Notes: generated from the sequence alone by a model not told the origin. DNA of 64,000 nt from Candidatus Hydrogenedentota bacterium (GCA_034669905.1 JAXMOL010000001.1:192001-256000); one strand, 5' to 3'. Positions 28,804-39,149 are shown, counted from the first letter of the stretch. Numbers and translations: made by a program.

Positions 28804-29591
28804 AGAGCGCCACCAGTAAACGGGGATTTACCCTCTTTGAATTGCTCACCGTCATCGCCACCATCGGCATCCTGGCCGCCATCTTGTTACCCGCACTCGC
28901 ACGGTCGCGAGAAGCGGCCCGTCGGGCAAGCTGTCTGAGTAACCTGGCCCAGTTGGGGCTGGCCTTGCGCATGTATGCCGAAGAGCATGAACGTCAACTT
29001 CCCTGGAGCGGCGGCGGCGGCAATGCCGATTGCCTCCTGCCCCTGCGGGGGGACTACTTACCAAAATCGGGCAATCTCTTCTGCCCGTCGGATGCCCAGA
29101 ATAGTTACCGCGACGTAGAGGAGCTCGACGGGGGCGATGTCGTCTGGACCACAGACATTGATTTTATCAGTTCCGGCAGGAACCAGAATACGGCTCCCAG
29201 CATGCGGGCGAGCTACGACTATTTCGGAGCCTACACCAAGGCCCCCCTGGCCTACCCCCACCCCTCACGACCGGTCCCGCGCACCCAGCTCATGTGGGAT
29301 ATCACCATCAAAAGTGTCGACAACAATCTGGGCTATTCACCCGGGGCCTCGAGCAATCATGTGCCATCGGGCGGTAACGTGTTATACCTCGACGGCTCGG
29401 TGGCCTTTCTCAAAACCCTGGATTGGTTCGCCAACGACCTGCCCCATGAGACACCGAGAATCGTCTATGACACACCCGACGCCATTGTCGCGACCCAGCA
29501 GGCGGAGGAAGAGGAAGCCCAGCCCGCAGCACGATCGGGATTGGGTGGTTTCTCGTCGGACCCCATATTCCCCCGCCGCGGAAATCGCTAG
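28800..29591 (+). CDS. DUF1559-type prepilin with H-X9/10-DG C-terminal motif
   Basis: [52 protein letters not shown]. Confidence 0.88.
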   Translation: MKSATSKRGFTLFELLTVIATIGILAAILLPALARSREAARRASCLSNLAQLGLALRMYAEEHERQLPWSGGGGNADCLLPLRGDYLPKSGNLFCPSDAQNSYRDVEELDGGDVVWTTDIDFISSGRNQNTAPSMRASYDYFGAYTKAPLAYPHPSRPVPRTQLMWDITIKSVDNNLGYSPGASSNHVPSGGNVLYLDGSVAFLKTLDWFANDLPHETPRIVYDTPDAIVATQQAEEEEAQPAARSGLGGFSSDPIFPRRGNR

Positions 29592-29600
29592 GCGGCGCGA

Positions 29601-29637
29601 AAGGACATAACGGACGAAAAAGACTTAAGGGACGTTA
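29601..29637 (+). repeat. 9-bp-period (G/A)GAC-N5 intergenic repeat
   Basis: GGAC/AGAC at 29603, 29612, 29621, 29630; near-identical to 44653-44677. Confidence 0.7.
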
Positions 29638-29741
29638 CGAAGCCTGGCGCCGGGGAGGCAAAGCCTGCGCTCCGATTTGGCGGCGGATCGGGGGGAACTA
29701 CCGTAATCCTCGGCATTTGCTGGCCCGCCGGGGAAATGCCG

Positions 29742-29770
29742 TTGCATTCGCCCCCTTTGTGCGATATTAT
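29742..29770 (+). promoter_or_regulatory. Candidate sigma70 promoter of the PilZ gene
   Basis: TTGCAT-N17-TATTAT. Confidence 0.55.
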
Positions 29771-29815
29771 AAGGGCTTGTTGGAGGCGTTATCGCACTAC
29801 GGAGAGGCAATTACT

Positions 29816-30181
29816 ATGCGCATCGAGGGAGATGAACGACGGCGTTACCCACGGAGCCGCCGTGGCCTGCCCATGGCCGTGGACGAAGCGGGTCCGGGCG
29901 TATTGAATCATGTGGACAACATCAGCGCCAACGGCGTGCTGTGCCATACCATCAAACCGGTCCCCCTCATGACCAAAATGCGTATTGCCCTCGATCTGCC
30001 TGCTCCCTATGGTCGGCGTGTGGATGCGGAAGGCATTGTGGTGCGCTGTGATGCCGATGACCGGGGTGACGACCACTTCAAGGTGGCCATCCTTTTCACC
30101 AAGATCGACGCCGATGAACACGAAGCCGTCCGCCAGTTTGTCGAAGAAGACATTGCGGTACAGGATGGTGTAAGCGACTAG
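29816..30181 (+). CDS. PilZ-domain protein
   Basis: RRYPR (RxxxR) and NISANG motifs; GGAGAGG RBS. Confidence 0.88.
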   Translation: MRIEGDERRRYPRSRRGLPMAVDEAGPGVLNHVDNISANGVLCHTIKPVPLMTKMRIALDLPAPYGRRVDAEGIVVRCDADDRGDDHFKVAILFTKIDADEHEAVRQFVEEDIAVQDGVSD

Positions 30182-30183
30182 TT

Positions 30184-31803
30184 TTGTCCGCTGAATCTTC
30201 CCATGCCCCCCGCATTTCCTTTGACCGCTGGCTCCTCCTTGCCTGCGCAGCGGTGCTGGGTCTCACGGTGTTATACCCGACCCTCCGTCTTCTGGGGGAA
30301 GCCTATCTCGCGTGGGATTCGACCGCCCTCCAAGGGAGCCACGCCTGGCTCACCATCCGCAACACGCTGATTATCGGATTCGGTTCGGTGGCGGGTGCGG
30401 GCGTGTGTGGCACGGCCCTTTCGATTGTGCTCACCCGCTTTACCTTCCCCGGCTCCCGGGTTCTGGCGGCCCTGGCGTATCTGCCCTTTACCCTGCCGCC
30501 CCTGGTCGGTGTGCTCAGTTTTTACTACCTCATCGGAAAAAGTGGGTTCATCGCCCGCTTCGCTGAACAGGTGCTGGGCGTTGAGGATGCGGTCCTCCCG
30601 GGGGTCTGGGCCATCCTACTCATCCACACTTATTCCTTCTACGTCTTCTTCTACGCCATGGTGGCCCCCGCCCTGGCCAACCTGGACCGCTACCAACTGG
30701 AGGCGGCCCGCACCCTGGGGGCCAGTCGTGCCCGGGTCTTTTTCCGCGTCACCCTGCCCCTGCTGCGCCCGTCCCTGACCGGAGCGTCGCTGCTGACCTT
30801 CATGTCTTCCTGCGCCTCCTTCAGTGCACCCTATTTCTTTGCCGACAAATTCCCCGTGTTGAGTGTCGCCGTCTATACGGAGCGCAGCCAGGACAATCAC
30901 GGGGCGGCGGTTACGCTCACGGTTATCCTCGCCATCGTATCGTTGTTGGGCATCCTGCTTTTTCGTTCCAACCTGAGTAGTGGGAAGTCGGGTTCCAAGG
31001 GCACGCCCCGGCCCATTGGCAGCACTTCGGGACGGCTCCTCGCAGGGATGGGCGCCTGGTCCGTGATTGCCCTGCTTTTGCTGCCCCATGCCACGATCCT
31101 CTGGCTTTCCTTTGCGGATTACCGGGCCTGGAACACGGAACTCATTCCCACCGTCATGACGGTGCAGAATTACACGGAACTTTTCACCAACCGCAATGCC
31201 TTCGGGCCCATCCGGAACAGCCTTTGGATGAGTGGCGTGGCCACGGCGGCGACTCTCTTGATTGCTTTGCCAGCGGCCTATCTGATTGCACGGCGCCGAC
31301 CCGGCGGGGCGTGGCTCAACGTGTTGGTCATGATTCCCTGGGCCCTGCCGGGCACGGTGATTGCCATCAACCTCATTGTGGCCTTCAACGACCGCTGGTT
31401 GCCCCTCTATGGCACGGTGTGGCTCTTGCCCCTGGCCTATTTCGTCCGCAACATCCCCATGCTCACCCGCATGGTGGGCGCCTCCTTCGAAACCTTCGAC
31501 GCGACCCTGATTGAAGCGGGCCGCACTCTGGGCGCATCGCCCCGCCATTGTTTCTGGCGCATCATCCTCCCGCTGGTAGCCCCGGCGGTGGTGGCGGGCG
31601 CGGCGCTGGTCTTTGCCACCTGCCTCGGCGAGTTTGTAGCCTCCATTCTGCTCTATCAGACCGGTAACATCCCCATCGCCGTCAAAATTAATATGGAGTG
31701 GCGGGCCTCGGTGGGTGCCGCCTTCGCCTATAGCGTGTTGCTCATGCTCATGGTGGCGGCCACCTTCCTCCTCTCCCGAAAATTCGCAGCACGAATCCTT
31801 TAG
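30184..31803 (+). CDS. Fe3+/thiamine-type ABC transporter permease (two EAA loops)
   Basis: EAARTLGA and EAGRTLGA; many TM segments. Confidence 0.9.
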   Translation: MSAESSHAPRISFDRWLLLACAAVLGLTVLYPTLRLLGEAYLAWDSTALQGSHAWLTIRNTLIIGFGSVAGAGVCGTALSIVLTRFTFPGSRVLAALAYLPFTLPPLVGVLSFYYLIGKSGFIARFAEQVLGVEDAVLPGVWAILLIHTYSFYVFFYAMVAPALANLDRYQLEAARTLGASRARVFFRVTLPLLRPSLTGASLLTFMSSCASFSAPYFFADKFPVLSVAVYTERSQDNHGAAVTLTVILAIVSLLGILLFRSNLSSGKSGSKGTPRPIGSTSGRLLAGMGAWSVIALLLLPHATILWLSFADYRAWNTELIPTVMTVQNYTELFTNRNAFGPIRNSLWMSGVATAATLLIALPAAYLIARRRPGGAWLNVLVMIPWALPGTVIAINLIVAFNDRWLPLYGTVWLLPLAYFVRNIPMLTRMVGASFETFDATLIEAGRTLGASPRHCFWRIILPLVAPAVVAGAALVFATCLGEFVASILLYQTGNIPIAVKINMEWRASVGAAFAYSVLLMLMVAATFLLSRKFAARIL

Positions 31804-31937
31804 TTTCATGCTATACTCACCCTGATGGTCGCGCGGTGTGACGCCCGTCTTCCGATTTTTACGGTAATGGCCGCCTTGCGGTCTCTAATCTTGCCACGGC
31901 AACAGCAGCTTTCCCGGAAAGCGTTGGAATTACGTTC

Positions 31938-32711
31938 ATGGGTATACCTACGCAGGCCCGCAGCATCAATCAGCCCGCTCGACTTCTCCTATTCGGCTCT
32001 CATGCGGACAGCCTTATCCCCACGGTGCAGCAGTATGGGGCGCTGAGTCTGGTGGAAAAAGATCCCGACTATATCGTCTGCTACGGGGGCGATGGCACCC
32101 TGCTGGCCGCCGAATTACGCTGGCCCGGCATCCCCAAGTTGCCCGTGCGCAACAGCCGCAGAGGCCACCGCTGTATCCCTCACCCCGCCGATGAGGTCTT
32201 CGAAGGACTCATTGCCGGTGCCCTGGTCGAAAACCACTACACCAAGATCGAGGGTGAAATTCTGCGGGAAGGCAAGCGCCTTTATCCCGACACCATCGTT
32301 GCCCTCAATGAATTTAACGTGCACATGGGGCTCATCAACAGCGCGGTTCGTTTTCAGCTCTGGCTCAACGGCGACCCCTACGAAGAAGGACTCGAAGTCC
32401 TCGGTGACGGCTTTGTCGTGTGCACTCCCTTTGGCAGCACGGCCTACTTTGCCCAGATTACCCGGGGCATCTTTACCCGAGGCATTGGTATCGCCTTTAA
32501 GTCTACCAATGCCCACGTAGACCATCTGGTCCTGCCCGATGACACGGAATGCCGCATCCAGATTACCCGGGGGCCGGCGGTGCTCGCCTTCGACAGCGCG
32601 GATGAATATGTCCATATGGAAGAGGGCGACGAGTTGATGGTCCGAAAGCATGCCCTGGGGGCTACGATTCTGACCTGTGGCCCGCCGAAACAGTTGGAAC
32701 AGCCCTTTTAG
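31938..32711 (+). CDS. NAD(+) kinase family protein
   Basis: GGDGT, ALNEF, DGFVVCTPFGSTAY. Confidence 0.85.
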   Translation: MGIPTQARSINQPARLLLFGSHADSLIPTVQQYGALSLVEKDPDYIVCYGGDGTLLAAELRWPGIPKLPVRNSRRGHRCIPHPADEVFEGLIAGALVENHYTKIEGEILREGKRLYPDTIVALNEFNVHMGLINSAVRFQLWLNGDPYEEGLEVLGDGFVVCTPFGSTAYFAQITRGIFTRGIGIAFKSTNAHVDHLVLPDDTECRIQITRGPAVLAFDSADEYVHMEEGDELMVRKHALGATILTCGPPKQLEQPF

Positions 32712-32716
32712 CGGGT

Positions 32717-32768
32717 GGACGATTAGAAGGACCAAAAGGACGGAAACGACCTGAAGGACCTGTAGGGC
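32717..32768 (+). repeat. 9-bp-period GGAC-N5 intergenic repeat
   Basis: GGAC/CGAC at 32729, 32738, 32747, 32756, just after the stop codon. Confidence 0.65.
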
Positions 32769-32899
32769 TTGCAGTCCCGATCGCGGGCCTGTCCGATTCG
32801 CGAGGCCCCCTTCTGCCCCAGTTTGGACGTGGCCCTCCCATTCCGTATACTGCCTGTCAGTGGGCTGCGCGTGTGTGCGCCCGGTGGAAAGGTGGATTC

Positions 32900-33397
32900 A
32901 TGACCGAAGAATATGTGCGCCCCTCGTGGGACGATTATTTCATGGAAGTAGCCAACACGATTGCGAAGCGGGCGACCTGCGACCGGGGCCGCAGTGGCTG
33001 TGTGATTGCGCGGGAACAACAGCTGCTGGTCACCGGCTATGTGGGATCTCCCACGGGCCTCCCCCACTGCGACGAAGTGGGACACTTTTTCAAGAAAGTC
33101 GAGCATGACGACGGCAGTGTAACCCAGCACTGTGTGCGCACGGTGCACGCGGAACAGAATGCCATTTGCCAGGCGGCAAAGCTTGGGGTGTCCCTGCGCG
33201 GCGCGACCCTCTATTGCCGGATGACCCCCTGTCGCGTCTGTGCCATGCTCATCATCAACTGTGGCATCAAACGCGTTGTGTGCGAGAAGAAGTACCACGC
33301 CGGCTCGGAATCGGAAGCCATGTTCGCCGAGGTGGGCATTGCGCTGGAATATAAGAACAATGAGGTACTGAGTTACGAAGGACAGAACGTCACCTGA
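32900..33397 (+). CDS. dCMP deaminase/ComEB-family zinc deaminase
   Basis: RPSWDDYFM, RATC, HAEQNAI, PCRVC. Confidence 0.93.
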   Translation: MTEEYVRPSWDDYFMEVANTIAKRATCDRGRSGCVIAREQQLLVTGYVGSPTGLPHCDEVGHFFKKVEHDDGSVTQHCVRTVHAEQNAICQAAKLGVSLRGATLYCRMTPCRVCAMLIINCGIKRVVCEKKYHAGSESEAMFAEVGIALEYKNNEVLSYEGQNVT

Positions 33398-33490
33398 GGG
33401 ACCTTCGCCGTCTTGCACCTACCCCCGCAAGCCAGTACACTAATCTATTCGACCTTTGACCCCTACGATACGAACAAGGAGTATTGCATC

Positions 33491-34453
33491 ATGGCCGACC
33501 ACTTGAGCCGCCGTGGATTTATAAAGTCAACGACCGCCGCGGGTGCCGCACTGGGTGCCGCCGGTATGGCGGCCACTCCGACCGCCTCGGCTAAGCCCGC
33601 CGCCGCCCGCTACCAGGACGGCCTGAGCCCCTGGCCCCTTTCCATGAACACGAGCACCATCCGACCGGCCTCCTTGCAGGACAAGATCAAGGTCACGGCG
33701 GAAGCGGGCTGGGATGCCATCGAGCCCTGGATCGACGACATCAACAAGTATGAAGAAGAGGGCGGCGACCTGAAGGCCCTGGGGAAAGAAATCAAGGATC
33801 GCGGACTCTATGTGCCCAACGTCATCGGCCTGTGGGGCTGCATGCCGGGCACCCAGGAAGAATGGGACGCCTCCCTGGAAGCCACCCGCAAGCGCATGCG
33901 TCAGTGCGCGGACATTGGCTCCCAGCACGTGGCCGCCATCCCCGCGCCCGACCGGGCCGATTTCGACATCAAATGGGGCGCCGAGCGCTACCGCGACCTG
34001 CTCAAGATTGGCCGCGAAGAATATGGCATTACGGTGGCCTTTGAATTCATCGGATTCCTGAAAGGCATCTACCGCTTTGGACAGGCCTGTGCCATTGCGC
34101 TCGACTCCAACGACCCGACGGCCTGCCTGATCAATGACACCTTCCACCTGTGGCGCGGCGGCTCGGGCTTCAACAATCTTGGAAAGATTGATGGCTGCCT
34201 CATTGCCAATTTCCACTGGAACGATGTGCCGGCCAGCACGGAGCGTGAAGGCGCGGGTGATGACGTCCGGGTCTATCCGGGTGATGGCGACCTGCCGCTG
34301 GAACAGGCCCTCCGTGACCTCAAGCGAATCGGCTACGACAAGACCCTGTCGCTCGAAGTCTTTAACCGCGAGTACTGGAAACAGGACCCCAAGGTGGTCT
34401 CTGAAACCGGGCTGCGCAAGATGCGGGAATGCATCGAGCGTGCGCAGGTCTAG
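33491..34453 (+). CDS. Tat-exported sugar phosphate isomerase/epimerase (xylose isomerase-like TIM barrel)
   Basis: SRRGFIK Tat motif; FEF, DTFH, H.ND, PGDG, SLEVF. Confidence 0.88.
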   Translation: MADHLSRRGFIKSTTAAGAALGAAGMAATPTASAKPAAARYQDGLSPWPLSMNTSTIRPASLQDKIKVTAEAGWDAIEPWIDDINKYEEEGGDLKALGKEIKDRGLYVPNVIGLWGCMPGTQEEWDASLEATRKRMRQCADIGSQHVAAIPAPDRADFDIKWGAERYRDLLKIGREEYGITVAFEFIGFLKGIYRFGQACAIALDSNDPTACLINDTFHLWRGGSGFNNLGKIDGCLIANFHWNDVPASTEREGAGDDVRVYPGDGDLPLEQALRDLKRIGYDKTLSLEVFNREYWKQDPKVVSETGLRKMRECIERAQV

Positions 34454-34589
34454 AGCACCGCACGCCGAAATCCTATCTACCATCATACGCGGGTGGGTTA
34501 GTCCAATCGGGATTAGCCCACCCCCGTTGTATACTACCCGCCAAGACACCCGACAACCCCACGCATTATGACCCTCCAGGAGGTGCTCC

Positions 34590-35522
34590 ATGCCCAAATG
34601 GCTGAAAATCCTACTCGCAATTCCCCTCCTCCTGGTGGCCCTGCCCGTCACCGCCCTGATTGTACTGGCCCTCTTCAACGGCCGCATTGGCATCGAAACC
34701 AACTACCGCACGAGCGCTTCCCTGGCCGAGCCGCCCGCCCCCTTAGCGGCGCCGCTCACGCTGAAGGTCGTTACCTTCAACATCCAGGATCTCCCCTGGG
34801 TCAGTGAAGAGCGGCCCCGGCGCATGCGGGGTATTGGGGCCGTGCTGAACATCCTCGACCCCGACATCGTGGGCTTTCAGGAATCCTTCGTGGAGGAGGA
34901 CCGGGACATCCTGTTGAAGGAGCTGGCCAACACGCGCCTCCAACACCATCAGTATTATCCCAGCGCCACGGGCGGCAGCGGACTGCTCATTTCGAGTGCC
35001 TTTCCCATCGCCGAGGTCTACTTCCACCGTTTCTCCGTCTCCAATCCCGCCTACAAACTCTGGGAAGGCGACTGGTGGGCCGGTAAGGGCGTTGCCTTGG
35101 CCCGGGTCACCCTGCCCGAAGGAGGCCAGCTCGACTTTTACAACACCCACGCCCAGGCCGGTTATGGCAACCCCGACTATGACATCGTCCGCACGCAGCA
35201 AATGACTGAGCTCGCCGATTTCGTCACGAAGAGCCAGGTCCCCACAACCCCCACGCTGGTCGTCGGTGATATGAATTGCCGACCGGGCGACGCGGATTAT
35301 GAAACGGCCGTGAGGGGTGCCGGGCTGGAGCGCATGATGGCGGAGGATTCGCGGATTGATCACATTTTCGCGATGAAGAACCGCCACTATACCTTTCGAG
35401 TCGTAGAAACAACGCCCATTGAACAGACGGTCAAATTGGGCGAGAAGACGCTTTCCCTGAGCGACCACACGGGCTGGATGAGCACGATTGAGATAGTGCC
35501 TGCTGGAGATACCCCGCAATAA
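34590..35522 (+). CDS. Endonuclease/exonuclease/phosphatase family (sphingomyelinase-like), membrane-anchored
   Basis: TFN, FQE, SGL, NTH, GDMN, IDHI, SDH motifs. Confidence 0.88.
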   Translation: MPKWLKILLAIPLLLVALPVTALIVLALFNGRIGIETNYRTSASLAEPPAPLAAPLTLKVVTFNIQDLPWVSEERPRRMRGIGAVLNILDPDIVGFQESFVEEDRDILLKELANTRLQHHQYYPSATGGSGLLISSAFPIAEVYFHRFSVSNPAYKLWEGDWWAGKGVALARVTLPEGGQLDFYNTHAQAGYGNPDYDIVRTQQMTELADFVTKSQVPTTPTLVVGDMNCRPGDADYETAVRGAGLERMMAEDSRIDHIFAMKNRHYTFRVVETTPIEQTVKLGEKTLSLSDHTGWMSTIEIVPAGDTPQ

Positions 35523-35581
35523 GGGAAAGCACCAATCTACCGCCAAGCATGAAGCCAATCCCGTCGGCACCCCCGTTGTGG

Positions 35582-36190
35582 CTACATGTTGTTCCGAATA
35601 CCCCAGAACCCCGAGAGCACCTTGAGCGACAAAACTGCCACGCAGGCCCAGAGCAGGTAATCAATCGTGCCGGGCCACCACCAGGTCTCCACGATGAACC
35701 ATCCATAGACGTAGAAGCGGGGACGGAAGAGCCAGGAGTAGGGGGCCTTCAACGCGTTGCGCGCCATGGCGAAGAGCACGACGACCGTGTAGGTCGTGAT
35801 GTATAACACGCCCGGCAACATGGCCACCACATCGAGGTGCATGAGGGTAATGGTGGAGGCGGCGATGACGGCCTGGTCAGCCATACTGTCGGTAAAAGAA
35901 CCCATCCGGGAATCGGTGCCCAGATAACGAGCCAGGGGGCCGTCCAGTCCGTCTATCACCACGTGGAGCACCAGGCAGACCATCGCCCAGACCGGAAAGC
36001 TCACATAGATCGGACAAAAGGCGAGCCCTGCCAGCAGGGAAAGAATGGTCAGGTGGTCGGGGGTGATCTTGCAGGCCGCAAGGAGACGCAAGAGGGGCGC
36101 GAAGAGCCCTGCACGCCATTGCTGGGTGCGCACCATCCACGCCCGCTCCCGTGCGGCATAGACATCAGCCTTGTCTTGGTTATCGCTCAT
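35582..36190 (-). CDS. CDP-alcohol phosphatidyltransferase family protein
   Basis: DGLDGPLAR...GSFTDSMAD signature. Confidence 0.9.
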   Translation of the reverse strand: MSDNQDKADVYAARERAWMVRTQQWRAGLFAPLLRLLAACKITPDHLTILSLLAGLAFCPIYVSFPVWAMVCLVLHVVIDGLDGPLARYLGTDSRMGSFTDSMADQAVIAASTITLMHLDVVAMLPGVLYITTYTVVVLFAMARNALKAPYSWLFRPRFYVYGWFIVETWWWPGTIDYLLWACVAVLSLKVLSGFWGIRNNM

Positions 36191-36201
36191 TGCTGGTCCT
36201 T

Positions 36202-37059
36202 CTACCGCCTGAGAGCACGGACAAGCCGGTTAAAATTATTCTTGACCAGGAGCGAGTAACGGTTTCCCCGTTGATAGGGCAGGGCCTCAACAATCATGAA
36301 GGTCACATCATCCTGCATGTCGTCCGCGTTCCCCGTGTGCGCTGCCAGGACGCGTTGGATGGTCCCCAGACAGCCATCTATCGACACATTGCTTCCGGGT
36401 AGCCCTTCCGAAGTCCAAAGGGACGCACCCAACTGGGTCCGCTGCTCATTAAACGCCTCGGTCAGGCCATCGGTATGAATCAACAGGCGGTCTCCGGGTC
36501 TTAATTGGGTTCGTCCCATAGTGAAGTCGGCGGTGCCATCGACGGCCAGCGGAACATTGCTCAACCGGTTGCTGCTGTCCCGCTCCAGGCGCAAGGGTTC
36601 CCAGGTGTCTCTCCCGGCCCGGCATATCCGTATCGGCGGATGGCCTGCGTTGCAATAGGCCAATCGCCCATTGAGTGAGTTATAGCTGAGGCAAATGGCG
36701 GTGGACATAACCTCCAGCCCGCGAGAGGCGGCCCGCTCATTGACTTTGCGAAGGACGGCCGAAGGGTTGGCCCGGTGGATATGGCTCGAAAACACTTCCT
36801 CGAGCCAGGCGCTGAAGGTAGCCACCGAAGAGCCGTGGCCCGTCACATCGGCCACACACATACGCGCAAGGGCACCGGAACCACACGCCGAGAGATAGTA
36901 CAAATCGCCCCCTTGATCGCTCTCCGCCGGTCGGGAATAGAGGCGGCCCCGCAAGCCGGGTATGGCGATGGGCACATCTACCTGACCGTTGCCCCCCCAC
37001 ACTTTCCAGCACACCAGTTCCTGCGCCGGGCGGGCTGTCGTTCCTTGCGATTCGGGCAC
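36202..37059 (-). CDS. PP2C/SpoIIE-type Ser/Thr phosphatase
   Basis: GGDLY, ADVTGHG, NAGHPP, TDGLTE, DDVT. Confidence 0.9.
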   Translation of the reverse strand: MPESQGTTARPAQELVCWKVWGGNGQVDVPIAIPGLRGRLYSRPAESDQGGDLYYLSACGSGALARMCVADVTGHGSSVATFSAWLEEVFSSHIHRANPSAVLRKVNERAASRGLEVMSTAICLSYNSLNGRLAYCNAGHPPIRICRAGRDTWEPLRLERDSSNRLSNVPLAVDGTADFTMGRTQLRPGDRLLIHTDGLTEAFNEQRTQLGASLWTSEGLPGSNVSIDGCLGTIQRVLAAHTGNADDMQDDVTFMIVEALPYQRGNRYSLLVKNNFNRLVRALRR

Positions 37060-37230
37060 GGACCATTACTCCCTGGGATTCGTAGCTTCGGTGATGAACT
37101 GCGATGGCCCCGTGAGCCACCGGACCACTTCGCAGTGCATAGTTACCATAGCACATTGATTCAGCAGGTGCCGAAGCCATTTGCAGGTGCATGCCCCCCT
37201 TGTTAGAATGCCCAGAGAGAGGGATCCACC

Positions 37231-37863
37231 ATGCTGAATGACCTTAAGAAGATTATAGAAGCCCTGGATGATGACGATGCCGGCTGGGTAGGCCGACGGG
37301 ATGCCGCCGATGCCCTGGGTGAAATCGCGGCCAATGCACTCGCCGCACTGCACGCCCATGCCGATGAAAAAGATGTGGATGTCCGCACGGCCGTCCAAAA
37401 GAGCCTTGCCCGCGCCGGTGTGGGTTCAGGAGGCGCCGCGCCCATCCCCTCGGCAGCCCGCCCGACCCTGAAGGAACTGGCCCAGGCCTGTGAGAAAAAA
37501 ATGAAGCGCGCGGTGAAAGCCAAGGGAAACGGCTTTGTGGTGCGCGTGCAGATGAAAGCCGGGCGCACGCAGGACGTCCTCATCGCCCCGCAGAAGCGAG
37601 AAGATGGCCGGGAACTGCTCCGGGTCTCGACCCAATGCGGTGTGGCCGATGACGAGACCCTCGCCTGGGCCATCCGCCGAAACAGCCAACTCATGTATTG
37701 CGCCTTCAGCGTGGAGCCCCACGGCGAGGTGGAGCACCTGGTCATCGTGAAAAACTTTAACCCCGACTATGTGACGCCCGCTATGGTGAAAGACGCCGTG
37801 AAGGAGATTGCCTTCTACGGCGATTGGCTCGAGAAGAAGCTCTCGGGCGAAGACAACTTTTGA
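37231..37863 (+). CDS. HEAT-repeat + YbjN/T3SS-chaperone-like domain protein
   Basis: RRDAADALG...DVDVR.AV HEAT; C-terminal GRTQDV...GDWLEKKLSGEDNF. Confidence 0.6.
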   Translation: MLNDLKKIIEALDDDDAGWVGRRDAADALGEIAANALAALHAHADEKDVDVRTAVQKSLARAGVGSGGAAPIPSAARPTLKELAQACEKKMKRAVKAKGNGFVVRVQMKAGRTQDVLIAPQKREDGRELLRVSTQCGVADDETLAWAIRRNSQLMYCAFSVEPHGEVEHLVIVKNFNPDYVTPAMVKDAVKEIAFYGDWLEKKLSGEDNF

Positions 37864-37961
37864 CGGATTGGGTACGGGTCTTCCGGGGCACAACCCGTAA
37901 TCTCATTCACGGTTCAGGGAACTTATTCAGCCCGTTCTATTCCGACTAACCCGCCAGCCAA

Positions 37962-38043
37962 TTCCCCTCCTGGGAGGGGTTAGGGGTGGGTTTGCGGCGT
38001 TCTTCGTGACTTGACCCACCCCCAGCCCCTCCGAGGAGGGGAG
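37962..38043. repeat. REP/REPIN-like inverted doublet
   Basis: TTCCCCTCCTGGGAGGGGTTAGGGGTGGGT ... ACCCACCCCCAGCCCCTCCGAGGAGGGGAG; each arm has its own hairpin. Confidence 0.75.
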
Positions 38044-38299
38044 TGCTATCGGATATTCGTCGAGGAACCCGCTGTAGATTTAAAGGCCTATCTGCGTGCA
38101 TCAGCCCACCACGAACGTCGGGTGCCACGGTCAAGCCCGGTAGGGTTTGCCCATGAGAAGTCGCGAAAGATGGCCCGCGCGCGCACCGCTCCCCGACGTA
38201 CCCGCACCCATAGGGCCGCTCGTACCTCACGTCCGTATAGGTGGCACCCCTACCGTTTCCTTATTGGCGGGAGGGGATTGAGATGAACACGCAGGCGGC

Positions 38300-39031
38300 C
38301 TATTTCAACGGCTCCAGGCGGATGTTTCGGTAGGCCACGGGACCGTGGTCACCCTGAAACATGAGGGGGCCGGTGGCTTGCTCGTCGGTATAGGTCCCGG
38401 AACGGGTCGGCCCTGTCACAGGCTCGTTCTCGTGGATAACCTCGCCATTCAAGACCACTTTCACGAACTCGGCGTCTTTAATCTTCTTGCCGTTTTCGTC
38501 AAAGCGAGGGGCACGAAAAGTAATATCGAAGGCCTGCCATTCGCCGGGTTTCTTTGACGCATTCACCTTGGGGGCCACCCCACCGAAAGAGGGCGCACCG
38601 TTTTTGCCGTTCTGCTCGTAGATGCCGCCACAATCGCTGTACTTCAGTTCTGTCTTGCCCCAGCTGTCAAGGACCTGAATCTCATAGCGGCTCATGAGAT
38701 AGATGCCCGAGTTGGAGCCCTTGGCCACCGCGAACTCCACATGAAGTTGCACGTCGCCATGCTCCACCGCCGAATGGAGATCTGCCGTCTTCCCCTTGTC
38801 CCCATTCACCGCCACCGCCTTGCCCTCGGTCCAGACCAGCCGCTTTTCATCATCGGGCGCGAGGGATACGTCGCCCGCCATGAGCCAATCACCCAGGGGA
38901 GCACGGCATTGGGTCAAGTCCCCCGTGGAGAAGAGATCGACGGGGGCGGCCAGTGTTTCCGCCGATACGAAAGTCGGTGCAATGACCAGCGTGAGAACCC
39001 CGAGAATGGTTGAACGAAAGCGTGAATGCAT
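38300..39031 (-). CDS. Secreted DUF1080 (3-keto-disaccharide hydrolase-like) protein
   Basis: Signal peptide; NSGIY, YEIQVLDS, GEWQ.FDITF, FQGDHGPVAYRNI. Confidence 0.9.
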   Translation of the reverse strand: MHSRFRSTILGVLTLVIAPTFVSAETLAAPVDLFSTGDLTQCRAPLGDWLMAGDVSLAPDDEKRLVWTEGKAVAVNGDKGKTADLHSAVEHGDVQLHVEFAVAKGSNSGIYLMSRYEIQVLDSWGKTELKYSDCGGIYEQNGKNGAPSFGGVAPKVNASKKPGEWQAFDITFRAPRFDENGKKIKDAEFVKVVLNGEVIHENEPVTGPTRSGTYTDEQATGPLMFQGDHGPVAYRNIRLEPLK

Positions 39032-39149
39032 GAGCGTGCCCTTTTTGCGATGTACTACCGGTTTGGTTGATGTGCTGGTTAGTTATCAAGACCCGAGTCT
39101 ACCACGAACAGAGATGACATGTGCACGTATCCGCCTCGGTATTTTGATT

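Noticed and set aside
11466..39031. Gfo/Idh/MocA + TIM-barrel + DUF1080 as a 3-keto-glycoside pathway cluster
   Set aside because: The genes are scattered over 27 kb in separate units, and these families are typically highly paralogous in such genomes
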